From NCBI GenBank assembly GCA_013265495.1, contig MU058463.1:1759523-1823522 (forward strand): a stretch of DNA of 64,000 bases, written 5' to 3'. The notes under the pieces were generated by a model. It had not been told where the DNA came from and did no database searches. It was given only the letters and a program-made list of their open reading frames with translations. Shown here piece after piece: positions 12,695 through 25,334 of the stretch; positions within the stretch are counted from its first letter, which is position 1; every line of letters starts with the position of its first letter. This DNA comes from Vicugna vicugna (taxonomy: Eukaryota). The position numbers and the translations under genes are program-made.

Positions 12695-14679
12695 GGACGC
12701 AAAGAGAGAAAAAGTGCAAATTGAGGTAAAGAGAGGTTTTTTTTTTTAACACTTAATCCATTATGGACTGGCATTGTTTCAAACACTATGCAAATGAATT
12801 TCATTACTAGAAAAATGAAGTAACATGAAAAATAAGACATAGAAAAATACAACAATATTTACAATACTGTACAACAGTATTACAATAAATACAATGTATT
12901 TATTATTGGATCCAACCGACATAAATTACTCTGGGAACTTGCTATAAATGTTTCTGAACACAGTCTTGATTTCTGTATCTACATTATTGCACAAACAACA
13001 ATCAGAGTCAGTTCACAGACTGGCTTTCAGTAGAATTACTAGACCAATTAAACCAGAATCTTTAAAAATAAAGATCTCTCCCTCTCTAAACAGATCTAAA
13101 TCTCTCTTTCTCTCTTTCTCTCTCTCTCTCAACAGGATTTCTGGGTAATTCTAACGTGCAGCTTTTTCAAGAGATGCTCTTGCAGCAAAGGGTCATCAGA
13201 AAAGCGGCCCTTGTAGACTCCTGTGATTAAATGAATTCTTCAGTGTTTGGAGATAAAATTTTGGTGAAGTAGGGCCTTCTTAATCCTGTCCTCTCTTAAA
13301 TTCTCACCAAATCTATGACCATCTTTTGTAAGGGAACTTATCATATGGCAGAAAGTAAATATTCGGGTGCCATGTGACAGCAGGGATAAATAGAGGTATG
13401 CTATAAAAAGGATGACCTTTTTAAATACTAGCTTTTATTATCTTTATGTTGAGCATCACACTTTCAGGAAATAATAAACACATTTGAATCTTCTTTAATG
13501 TTAAACTGGAATGAAGTCTCAGTCCCATAAATAAACATTCGTTCTTTTGTGCACTCAACAAAAGTTGTGCAGACACTGGGGATGCGTTAGGGTGTTAGAC
13601 AGAGCTCCTGCCCTCATGGGCTTAATGACCACTTTCACTTTAGAGAGAGGAATGTTGGTGACTTTGTCTATAAGGAATTTAATCTGGTTGAATTTGACCC
13701 ATTAACTTTGCTCAGGCCCTGCAGATGCTAATGAGTTAGGCCCATATAAGGGTTAAATCCACTGAGAAATCAGAGCTTAACTTGTCTAAACCTAACCAAC
13801 AGCTTAATGGTCTGTACTAATGGCCTGCAGGTTCCCCCCTGCAGAGCTACATGAAGGTAGCTGTAGCTGAGTGATTCAGGAGCTCGAGAGAGGGCTGATG
13901 TGGTGAAAAATGTCACCCATCCAGCACATCACATAATCTGTGACCTCAGTCCCACGGATTATGCCAGGGGAGGAACTGGTGCTACCCCAACCATGACTAC
14001 GGATGTACAAACCATGTCTCCAACCAGTAGTATTATAGAGCTGCAGCCACGTAGCTTGGACCCTAAAATGTTTGCTTCTGTAACCATGAGTCATTGCCTG
14101 ATGAACCAGGGCCAGGCCTGAGATCCCATCCACCATGTTGCTCGGGGGCAGTGGGGGGGGGTCTCCATCCCTGACTGTGCCAGGGGATGAGCTAGTAGTT
14201 CCCACCCACTCAGTTCAAAGGTCTGAGATCCACCTCTGGAGATACCCAGGGTGCGACAGACAGTGGAAGAAAGGCACACCTGCTCCCATCTCAGAGAGTT
14301 TCCCTTTAATAAACCCTGCTCTGGCAGTCTTGGTAGATCTGCTTGGCTGTTGGTTAGGTTTCTATGGTCTCTACCAATAGTAAGAGGTATAGTGAGGTCA
14401 CAGCTCAGGGCAGACGTTGCCAAAGGAGCCAAGTCCTTGAGAGATGTGAATCTAAGGTGCATTAGGACGGTCTAGATGGAATTCCCTTAGAGGACAGTAG
14501 AGGACCCAGGAAAACACTCCACAGTGAAAACAAGGGCAGAGAATCCTTCAGTTTAGTGGAATCAACAGGTGTACCCCGATCCCATAGATGTATGGTTTGG
14601 AAGGCTGCCAGCACAGAATGAGTACCTCTTTCACTGGCCTGTTCTTATGGGACAAAAATGAGAGATAGCAGCATGCTAG

Positions 14680-14892
14680 AAACTGTACTAGGTAAGTACT
14701 AGGGACACAAAGATCGAGTCTTTGTTGTCAGGTAACTATGGCTAGTTAAGGAGACCAAGTCTAAGGTAAGAAATGTTTTAGTGGGTTATACATATAATGC
14801 TATGGAGGCACAGAAGGAGAACTAGCAAACATTTGAGAAAAATCTAGGAGGACTTCACAGAGGAGGTGACATTAGAGGTGTGCCTCAAGGGG
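14680..14892 (-). mobile_element. L2 fragment
   Basis: aatgctatggaggcacagaaggagaa...ggaggacttcacagaggaggtgacattagag. Confidence 0.65.
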
Positions 14893-15146
14893 TGGGCCTA
14901 CAACCCATTAGAGGAAATCTCACACAGGACCCTACAAGCTGCATTCTGTTAAGATACATCTGTTTTTAGATGATGAATGAAGCTTTTCCTGGAGACCTGG
15001 GATCCACATGCATACAACTTGCTACAGGAGCTCTTCACCCAACCTGGGGTTTACATTTGTAACGGGAACATCTGGAGATGTTCCAGAATCCCTAACTTCA
15101 CAAATACTAATTAAGATACAGAGACTGGATAATCAGTCAGACTTAC

Positions 15147-15362
15147 TCACTGGCTAAGTACTTGCTTCTATATAAGAGCCATGTGGCTGCACAGAGAGAT
15201 GTAGCCAAACTCTTAAAGGCTGAAAGTGCAACCGGGAGCCCAGCGTGCTTTAGGGAAGGATCTTCCAGGGTCATCCCAGTGCTCTGGAGAGGCAGTGATG
15301 CCGCCGGCCCAAGAGGAAGATGATGAGGGCCTGGTGGGAGAGTTGGCTGCACCTTCGGTGAC
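15147..15362 (-). other. Candidate internal exon of an antisense, probably non-coding transcript
   Basis: On the - strand: acceptor ctgctgtgtcttttag|gtcac and donor tga|gtaagt (overlapping alternative cca|gtgagt); GC-richer than flanks and not an obvious repeat. Confidence 0.3.
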
Positions 15363-15484
15363 CTAAAAGACACAGCAGATGCTGCAGAGGAGGGGGTTGG
15401 TATCTGGCCTCATGTTTATGACCTGATGAATCATCATGGGCCCAGATGGATTCCTTCGAGCTGGAAAGAATTAAAGCATGTACC

Positions 15485-15680
15485 ATCTACTGAACACACT
15501 CACTCAGAGCACCACAAATACATGAAAATTGACTTGTCACCAAAACCCACTGAGTTGGAAACCATTATGTCCCCACTCCTGAGATGAGGAAACTGAGCTT
15601 GGAGAAGTTGATAAACTCAAGGGCATACAAACTGGGAAGTGGCAGAATTGAGGGTGCATCCAGGATAATCTATCACCAGA
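15485..15680 (-). mobile_element. MIR SINE
   Basis: gagatgaggaaactgagcttggagaagttga...caagggcatacaaactgggaagtggcagaattg. Confidence 0.75.
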
Positions 15681-16379
15681 ACCTCCTGGTCTCAATATTT
15701 CCATCCTTCTTCATCCTCAGTGAAAGATGGAGAACTATTCGTGGAGTTGATGCAGAGGGGAAAAGGCTAATACTCTTGGGAGTGTGAGGCTGGCGGGGGA
15801 CAGGCCCCTCTGCCGGGTGGGCAGGCTTATTTCCTGAGCAGCCCAGGGAATGAAGACAGGGGTTCTCATGCCAAGTGATGTCAGGAATCTGCTTTTTGTC
15901 TTTCACAGGTTGCCATGGCCCATGACAGGAATTACATATGGCAGGGCCGGATGTATGTTACTAGAAATAGAATTACTTCCGGAAGTCAGATTTATGCAGT
16001 TTAAATAGAAGTAAAGAAACCAGGAAGGAAGATAAAGCCATCTCATCTGTGGCTGAATCATGCACCATAATTAAGCCTCCTCATTTCCTACTCTTTCCTT
16101 CTTCATTTTGCAAATGTCTCCGTCTGTGACTCATCTTTCTTGCAGCATCACTCCCTCATATTTCTTTTTCTTGTCTTGCTATATTCTCCATCAACACTGT
16201 CTTTTAACTTTTCTAGGAAGTTCCTATTGCCTTTTTAAATGATCAAAGGGTAAGGTGCAAGAGACAGTTCCTGGAGAAACTTGAAAAAATCCTATTAAAT
16301 AAGTCAAGGTGCTCGGTAAGGCCAGAGGTTATAACTCAGTGACTGATGTTCCTGAGAGCATTACATATATAAGTTAGCA

Positions 16380-17400
16380 CAACGTATTATGTTAAGAGCC
16401 TAGTTTGGGGCTGGAACTATTCTAGGTGTTGAGGAGATGAAAATAAATAGGACACAAAGCTTGCTGGGTGTTATGGACTGAGTGTTTATGTCATTCCCAG
16501 ATTCATATGCTGGAGGTTGGGCTTTGGAGCAGTAATTAGGTCTTGAGGTGGAGCCTTCGTGAATGGGATTAGCGCCCTTGTAAGAGGAGCATGAGATGGT
16601 CTACCGTCTGCTGTGTGAGGATATAAGGAGGCGGTGGTCATTTGCAAACCAGAAGGAGGGCTTTTACCAGGAACCTAATTGGCTGGCACTTTGACTTGGG
16701 TCTTCCCAGCCTCCAGAACTGTGAGAAATAAGTGTGTTGTTAAAACCACCTCGTCTGTGGTAATTTGTCAAAGCAGCCTAAGCTGACCAGGACAACAGGT
16801 AAGACCAAGACATAAAAAGATAATGTCAATCAAATGTGACACGTGCTGTGATAGAGATGCAGACAGGTTGCTACAGGAGCTCTTCACCCAATTCGGGGGG
16901 TCCTAGGAAAGTTTCTGAAGAAGATGACAGCTGAGCTCATTCATTAAACATGAATTAGAACTAATTAGAGGTAGGCAGAGGAGTAAGGGGTGGGGAAAAG
17001 TGTATTTCAGGCCCAGAAAGTCCAGTATATAAGCAAAGGTACAGAAAAATGGAACCACCTGGGATGTTCGGAGAATTGCGAGCTGTGCAATGTTGCTAAA
17101 AGGCAAAGCTGCAGGTGGTGAGAGGCAGGAATGAGGCTGGGGAAAGAGCCACATGAGAGAGGGATTTTATGTCTCTTAAAGAGCATGCGTTTCATCCCTC
17201 AGGTGATGGGGAGATGGAATGGTCTAGAAGGATTTTAAGAAAGAGAATTGACATAATCACATAGTGTTTTAGAGTGACCACCTGGACGGTAAAAAAGGGA
17301 GAGATCTGAAAGGTGAAACACTAGAAGCTAGGACAGCAGTTAAGGGGGGGAGGTGATGTGGACTTGCCCTGGGCCATCATCCTGTGAATGGAGGAGAGGT
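16380..17400 (-). mobile_element. L2 3' region interrupted by an MLT1 LTR
   Basis: tgtgacacgtgctgtgatagagatg...ggaaagtttctgaagaagatgacagctgagct...aggtgatggggag...gaaggattttaag. Confidence 0.75.
16469..16794 (+). mobile_element. MLT1A-type MaLR solo LTR
   Basis: TG...CA ends; tgttatggactga..., gtggagccttcgtgaatgggattagcgcccttgtaag, ttcccagcctccagaactgtgagaaataa. Confidence 0.9.
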
Positions 17401-18286
17401 AAAGCTGTCAGCACTTGGATTCAGGGATCGTGCGAAGTGCAGGGAGGAATACAAATCTTTCTGAGGCTCTTCTTGAATTGCTGTTTGTGAATAGCAAAGG
17501 TTACCCTAATAGGAATGTTGAAACCCTACAGGGCTCTTCCTGCCGTTCATTTGCACAGATTCATGTTGGATCCCAGTGCAAGTCCAGGGGTTCAACATGC
17601 TTTTCTCTCCTTCAGGAACATCTAGCCTTTTGTTGGTTCTTTGGAGGACATTTCCCTCCAGCCTAGATGTGATATGGGTCTCAGGCTTCTCAAATATCTT
17701 CTTCATTTGCTATCTAAAAAGACAAAGACACCTTTCCTTCATAGTCCTCACTGTGATTACAATGAATGGATAATGCTAGCACTATTTATTTAATGTTTCT
17801 TCTTTGGCAACTATCTATGCTTGGCGGCAACCATCAGACAGCAACTGTTTAACTGGAGCACTAAAAAATACAGGAGAGAGTCGATGAGATGACTGACAGA
17901 TCAGGGAAGAGGAAATGTCGGGAAGCCCAAGGCTGGGCAGCCGAAAGGTGAACCAGATCACACCAGGTGTCTGTCCGTTTAGAGCCTCAGCACTGAGCCT
18001 GCTGCAACCCTGCTGGACTCAGAACTCTGTTGGCACAACAGCCTTAAAGAACTTCTAATTGTTTTTGAGCCATTGTCTTGTGCCCTCAAAGCTCGAATTC
18101 CTGGGAGAGAGCATGTCTGGTCCTGGCTTCTGGGAGCTGGGAAAAGAATGATGATTTCTCATTAACTTCTATAGTGGGAAAGTGGTAAGCAAGGCCCTTT
18201 CTTCCCCTGCCAACTTTCTAGAGTTTCCTGTCCAGAAAAAGGGTATTTGAGTTCTGAGTTGTTTCTCCTCCTATCTCTATACCTAT

Positions 18287-18287
<1 letters not shown>

Positions 18288-18318
<31 letters not shown>

Positions 18319-18341
18319 TACACACTACACACATTACACAC
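18288..18341. repeat. (CA)n microsatellite, interrupted
   Basis: Seen directly. Confidence 0.9.
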
Positions 18342-19809
18342 CTGCCAGACTGGAAGTTTCACGAAGGTAGAGCATCCTGTTGTCGCTCGCTGGCCCATCT
18401 TCAACACAGAATTAATTCCAGACAAGGGTAGAGAGTAAGTACTTGGCAAATATTTCTTGGGTGAATGGAAACTAGATGAAAAAAAAGGGTATGTTACTTC
18501 TAAACACTCTAGGATTTTAATAAATCTCTACTACCTGGTCCTAATCTATACTCCTAAGTCCCTTTTGAGACAGTAACTGGAATTGCCTCCACCCTATGCT
18601 TGTATCATGGGGTTTATCAAGCCGACTGACACCACTTCTGGACCTCAGACTTTCGCAAAAGTACTGTAGATCCCTTAGTCCCTGTTTCCCCCTTTTCCCT
18701 GCTAGAAACTGATCAGAGCAGTGCTATCAGCATCCCTAAAGGCTACTAAGCTGTTTACCTTCCTTTGGATTTTTAGACTTGATAAGACCCGGCTCTGGAG
18801 ACCTCTGGGAGAGAGGGAGAGAGCCTGTGGGCCATTTCCTTCCAGAACGCAGGGAAGAACAGCTCCCCTGGCCCTGTTTAATTGTTAGTTGACAATGGAT
18901 GGGGTTTAAGTTTAGAACCACTTGGGATTCAAACCAATTGTTTTCTCAGACCAACAGCAATATTAAAATTCGGGGGAAATAATACAATGCTTTGACATGG
19001 ATTATCTATTTTTTGACTTTCTGATTGATTGCCTTAAAGAGTGAGCTAGTTGGGCAATCCCATATGACAATGATATAAAAATATTAATCCTTTTAGGACT
19101 TTGTGAACTGAAAAACCTCCATAAAATCTTACCTAAGACCCAAACACTGTTACTCTGTTGGTGATGCTACAAATTAGAAGATTTAATCAGCTAAGCAGTT
19201 TAGCGCTAACGATCTGTCCAGAAATAACGCTCTTTCTGTCAGATTTCTTCATCTAAAGGATTTTGAAGACACACTTTAGAGATTCCATTGACGCCATCAG
19301 TTTCTTGTTTAATGTTGTCTCGGAACATGAGCTTGCTACGTTTTACTACACAGGCTCAATTTTAAAATTCCTTTAACTTCGGTTATTGGTAGCTACTTGC
19401 TTTAACTGGGATTCATAACTCTCCCTGCTGAGAATAAAATTTGTTGTCAGAATCAGGCACATTTGACTGTTTCTCAGCTGCCAAAATGTGAAGTCTTGTG
19501 GTTGGGTATTTTGGAAAACTGGCAGGTTTTGTTTACATATTGTGGTCTTTCTCCAAATTTATCCCACATCCCACACCCCGCAAGTCTAGGACCCCTTCCA
19601 ATGTAATTGCTGTGGGACAAGTGCAAGGCAGAAGCGGCTTCCGCAGTTACCAAATCCCTTCCATCCCTGACTCACATGCAGCAAACGCCAGAAGAGCTTC
19701 CCCAGCCTTAAAAAAAAAAAAAAAATGCTGACCTACAGAAATACCTGATTCTAATTTGCTGTACAAATAGAAACCTTTTCTTCTCTAGATTGGATGCAGA
19801 GAATTTTTT

Positions 19810-19876
19810 TTTTATAATTTATAATTTATACAATTGCTTAGATGTTTTATAATTTATAATTTAACAATTGCTTAGA
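19810..19876. repeat. Two-copy tandem duplication, ~35-bp period
   Basis: ttttataatttataattta(t)acaattgcttaga at 19810-19842 and 19845-19876. Confidence 0.85.
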
Positions 19877-20312
19877 GCCTTTCATCTGAAAGCAATTTAC
19901 GCATGTTGGGCTCAATTATCCTAACATGTTGAAAACTTACCAGTATTTTTCCTCTTTCACCTTCGTGCATTGGTCTGATTGCACAGCAGATCTTAAATTT
20001 AATCATGGAAGTGCTTTATGGATTAAAATGCTAGAAGACTCGTCTTACCCAGGAAAGAATAACACTGGGGGAAATGATAGTGTTTCTATATATTCTTCTC
20101 CCGGAGATGAAAACTTCTGGTTTTGAACGGGATTCAGCCATGCCATGTAATATTCAGTCAGAAGAGACGTTGAGTCATGAACCCACACTCACTTTCCGTT
20201 TCCTTATTTCTGGAAGAAAGCCACGTGTCCCATCTGCAGCAAATATGTTACCTTAATCTGGTGCCATCCAGCAGTCTAGAGCCATCTGCTCTGGCCATTT
20301 GTTAGGATGCCT

Positions 20313-21090
20313 TATTCAGTCAATTCATTCAAGAAATGTTTATTGAGTGTTTACTCTGTGCCAGAAGCTATGCTAGAAACTGGAAAGAAAAGGGTGAAAA
20401 AGCAAGATGTACGTGTGCCCAGGAGTTTGCATTTCTGAGGGAGATAACATGCACACAAATCGTTCATTGTGAGACTGAAAAACACGATGATGAAAGAACT
20501 TGGTCCAGGAGGGGCACCTGACCAAGATGGAGGACGTGAGGGAAGGCTTCCAAAGGAGGGAGAGGTAAGATGAGGCATGAATGGATGTCACATGAATAGG
20601 AGAGAGGAAAAACCTTGTGGGAGAGGAAGTAGCAGCGTTTGAAAGCCCAGAAGTCACATGTTTGCAAAACTGGAGAGGTTTCATTGAGCTGAAGGGTAGA
20701 GTTTAGGGCTGCACGTGACAAAAGATGTTGCTGAGAGATAAGTTAAATCTAGATCATTAGGACCTCGTAAACCCTAAGTAGGAATTTAGATGCTTTCCTA
20801 AAGGAAATGGGGAGCCGCAAGAGGACTTTATACAGAGGAATGGCAGGAGTTGATTGCATTTTTGGAATGAATATTTCGGCTGCAGTGTGTGGAGTAGATT
20901 GGATGGGGATTGAAGCTGGACCTTTGCTATCATAAAGGAGGAGGGTGTTGGTCGTTCTGAATTATGGTGGCGACTGAGGAGACAAATAGAATTTGAACCA
21001 CTCAGGCGAGAATCTTTGGGTGACTGACTTGTGTAGGAGAGGTAGGAGTTAAAGATAAGGCTCAGGTCTTCCTTTAGTGACTTCCCTACT
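20313..21090 (-). mobile_element. L2 3' region
   Basis: attcattcaagaaatgtttattgagtgtttactctgtgccag start; gggaaggcttcc; ggaatttagatgctttcctaaaggaaatggggagcc. Confidence 0.85.
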
Positions 21091-21684
21091 TGTGTTAATA
21101 TAACACCATAGGCCAAATGGTCACGAAGTCTCCTAGGTAATTTAGTTTGGTGGCACCTTATTGCATGAAATCTTCATTCCCAGCACTCTTGAGATTATCC
21201 AAAATATCAGACACCTAGACATTGTTACACTGTTAAAAAGTAAATTAACAGAAAGCTCAAATACAGTAAATGAACTCTGAAACACTAAGCAAGTAAAGGG
21301 TGTAAGCACTGAAAAGTTTTAGATGACTAATTCTGTGAATTTATTTAATCTCATGGGCAAACATGGGTTTGAAAGCTAGTGAATGACAGAGTGGAGGTCT
21401 GAAGCCAGGTTTTCTGGAGTCAATGTCCATGTGTGTGTCATCAGGTCAGGCTGTCAGAGTCCTAGGATCCTGCAGAGGGATCTGCCTCCCTCCAACCCCC
21501 ACCCCTACCAGCCCACACTCAACACCCATCTCCTCGCCAGTCACAGCATCCCAGTGTTTACTATTTTATGCAGTGGGATTCTGCAGAATATTATACTTGA
21601 CAAAAATAACAAAAAAGTCACAGGAAAGAGTTTGAAAGTTACTACTGTTTACAACTGTCTTCCTCCAGCTCCGAGAGCTCCTAG

Positions 21685-21818
21685 CCGTGGGCAAGTCGTT
21701 GCCTCTCTTGATCTCCAGTTTCCTCCTTCACAAAATAGGATCGCAATTCTCTCTATTTTGTCGCAGGATTATTGAGATGATCAAATGAGGTTATTTGTGT
21801 TGCAGTGCATTGAAAAAG
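21685..21818 (+). mobile_element. MIR fragment
   Basis: gggcaagtcgttgcctctcttgatctccagtttcctcc...aaaatagga...ggattattgagatgatcaaatgag. Confidence 0.65.
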
Positions 21819-21821
21819 TCA

Positions 21822-22314
21822 ATTTTAATAAGGTACCATTTATGCCCAATAAACTGAATCCATTTAAAGGGTGCCAGTTGACCGGTTTTGACAGCAAATA
21901 CCCCTGAGAAATCATTGCCATGATCAAATTACAGAATGTTTCCAACACTCCCAAAGGTCCCCCTATCCTCTGCAGTCCATCCTCCTTCTGCTTCTCCTCC
22001 CCCTACCCCCCACCCTGTCCTGAAACTGCTGATCTGCTTTCTGTCACTACAGATTTGTTCGTATTTTCTAGTAATTTACGTAAATGAAATCATACAGCAT
22101 GTACTATTTGCATCTGGCTTCTTTCACGAAGCAGCGTGACAGTTCTGAGATTCATTCATTTGTCGTAACAATGGTTCATTTCTTTTTATTGCTGAGTAGT
22201 ATTCCATTACATGGATGCACATTTGACCTATTCACCTGTTGATGGACATTTAGATTGTTTCCTGTTTTTAGCTACTGCAAGTACAATTCCTATGAATATT
22301 CATGTGTAAGTTTT
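21822..22314 (-). mobile_element. Old L1 (L1MB/L1ME-type) 3' end
   Basis: taaatgaaatcatacagcatgtact...ttctgagattcattca...tttttattgctgagtagtattccatt...ttcacctgttgatggacatttag. Confidence 0.85.
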
Positions 22315-23209
22315 CCCCTGAACTTAAAGTGCTATTTGATCTGCAAGATGGCATTTAGTATAAACTTTGATTATTTAGATGTTAAAATCATTCTGGTTTT
22401 TACAGGAACTGTCTTATGTAAGAGTAATTTCTGCTTATTAATTTTGGGGGAATATATGGAGTGGATACTTACAGCATTTCTCTGAATGTTGTCAATCCAC
22501 AGCCTCATTTCAAAAGAATTCGCGGCATTTCTTGTCATTGACATGTGAGAATAAAGCTTTTAATTTGAAATATAAAATTGCAAAGTGATACAAATTTTGA
22601 AACAATTACAGAGCCCTTTGTAAACAATAGGTTTTGATCAATACATGTTCACACTCCAGGCTATGATAGTCCCTTGACACATGCACTGAAGTCCCTTTGA
22701 CTCCAGGGGATCTGTGCCCATAAATTGAGAAAAGAATATACGCAGCAATTGTGCTAATTACAATAGAGTTATTGTTCAGATCAAAAAGCATCTCACTGGG
22801 GCCTTGCCTAGGGGCTCAGCATTGACATCTTATTTGCCCTTTGACTACTGACCTTAAAGAAATATCCATTTGTCTCCAACCTCGTATTTTGGAATCTTCT
22901 CAAGTTAAGTTGCACCGTTGCTCCCCAGGAAGCAGACATAAACTAAAATAGATGGTTATTGATTTTCCGAGGGTCAAATGAATCTAGTCCTCACCTCCTC
23001 CTGGAAGCTCTTCCAGATTGCCAAGAAGTATCATTTCATTCTCTCTCCTCCCCGTATGTGCAAACAGTGCTTTCCTTGTTCCACTATATTATGTGCAATT
23101 CTCTAGTATATATTTTTATCTCCTATTCCAAACTTCCCAACTCCCATCTTTTCTTTGTTAGAAAAGCAAAGTGATTCCATACAATTCTGAGAGCTATTAA
23201 CCGCTCTGG

Positions 23210-23726
23210 GCAGCAGTTCTCAAACTGGTCCTAAGGGTCCTTTACACACTTCGAAATTGCTAAGCACCCCCAAAGCACTTCTGATTATGTGAGTTACATC
23301 TACCAGTATTTAACCTATTAGAATTTGAAGCTGAGAAAAAAATTAAAATATTCATTTATTAATTTATTCAAAAATAAATCTATTACATGTTCAAATCAAT
23401 AATGTCTTTCCAGGAAAATAAAAATATTTTCTAAAGCAAAAATGTAGTGAGAAAATGTACTGGTACTGTTTCACATTTCTGAAAAATCTTCTTAATGTCA
23501 AGCTAATAGTCAAAGTCTCATATCTGCTTCTGCATTCAATCTGCTGCAACATCGCTTCTCATGTTGCCTCTGGGAAACTTCTCTCAACATTCACAAGAGA
23601 AGGATAGTGAAACATAAGAAACGTCTTAGTATGATTATGAAAATCATTTTGACGCTGCAAACCTCCTGATATACACTGAGAGATTTCCCTCCCTGAGAGC
23701 TTCCTAGATGAACTCTGAAAACTGCT
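23210..23726. mobile_element. Charlie1b-like hAT DNA transposon
   Basis: cagcagttctcaaact start and tgaaaactgc end; tctcatatctgcttctgcattcaatctg; cgtcttagtatgattatgaaaat. Confidence 0.75.
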
Positions 23727-24784
23727 CTTCTGGTCATTGCTGTAGTGTGATGTATGCTTAATTACCAAGTTCATAGTCCAATTTGTAGATAATGGAAAGG
23801 GGCATGTCTGGACTTCTCATCAAGTTTTCATAATCAGTTATAACTAACATAGCTAATTTATTGGTGACTGTGAATTTTTAGTTGGCTCTACTGTTAGATA
23901 TCTGGATAGGCGAGACTCTAGGTATATAGGTATAGATGGAGATAGAAATAGATTCGACAAGGTGGGAAAACCTCTCTGTGCAAACTCCTATCATAGAAAT
24001 TAACACCGCATATCATAATAGATGTTTTTCTTACCTTGACGGATTACGGTCTATTTGTGGGCAGCTGCTGTGTCTGTTCATAGATGCAAGCTCGTTGCCC
24101 AGCACCATTCCTGAATCTCTGTTTATTACACCATGTGCTGAGTAAGAGAGACCAGGGATACCCCACAGACTCATTGGTCATGATACGACTCTAATACTTT
24201 ACTGACAAAATTAGTTCCAAACTTAGAGGTGACAACTCTTAAAAACTAGAGTGCACAGGCATCCAAGCACACAGTGCTACCTGACTCCAACTTGGCTGGC
24301 ACTGAATGGAGCTCAAGTGAGAAGGGGGCCTAGGGCTGGCAGGACCACTCCCCGGTGCCTTCGGGTGCACTTTCTAAGAGAACCATTTCAGAGCAAAGCC
24401 AGAGGGCAGTTTCAGCAAGGTCCTCCAAATGCAGCACACCAGACAAAAGGAGATCCAGGATGAGCTGAAACCAAGGTCCAGAAATGGCTAAGCTGGAAAG
24501 AAACAGGAAAAAAGGGGAGGCCAGAAAATAGATCAGGAAATGTCAGGAGGAATGTGGCCTAGGTCAGACAGGGTGTGTGAGGACATGGGAGTGAGGATGT
24601 GATTTCCCTGCTGTCACTCACTCATCGTGATATACATTTATGTATAGGTTCTGTGTCCCTGCCTTTTAGAGACTGATGATGAATTCTATGATGAAAGTAT
24701 TGATGATTTATGAGTCTTTAACTTAACGACATTTGATGTCATATTATTACAGAACTATCTACTGTTCCTAGAGATTCACTGCCT

Positions 24785-24960
24785 TTTTTGATTCTTCTTT
24801 CTTGTTTTTTCTTCCCTCTCTCCCTGTCTTTCCCTTCCTTCCTTCCTTCCTTCCTTCTTTCCTCCCTTCCTTCCTTCTTTTCTCCCTTCCTTCCTTCCTT
24901 TCTTCTTTCTTTCTTTCTCTTCCTCTCTTTCTCTCTTTTTAACTGCCTCTTACTCTTTCC
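24785..24960. repeat. (CCTT)n/(CTTT)n polypyrimidine tract
   Basis: Seen directly. Confidence 0.9.
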
Positions 24961-25334
24961 TTACTGCTGGGTACAAGTTTCAAATCAGCCCTTACATCTG
25001 AATCAGCCCTGAAATCTAGCCTCACCTGTGGTGTTTCCTAGAGGGAGTCCCTAGAGGGGTTCAGGCTTCTTTAGGCCTGCTGTTAGCATAGCATAGCCCT
25101 GACTCTGCAAAGGCACCATAACTCGTCGTGTCTTTTCCTGGGTGTGCACTTTCAAAGCAGAGTCATAAGTGCATGGAAATTCCTGAACGACTCTCAAGGG
25201 CTTACAATGACTGCAGCCAAATGTTGAATTGGGAGAGTTTCCCAGAACAATATGAGAATATCCGTACAAACTGTTGCAGAGCACAAAATGCTCATTTTTA
25301 TTAGTCACATATCATAGTTACTGCACCCCTCCCC

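Noticed and set aside
14251..14475. RFLWSLP in the 74-aa ORF resembles a SIX-domain motif
   Set aside because: Only 7 residues match, and the flanks show no further SIX or homeodomain similarity, so it is probably chance.
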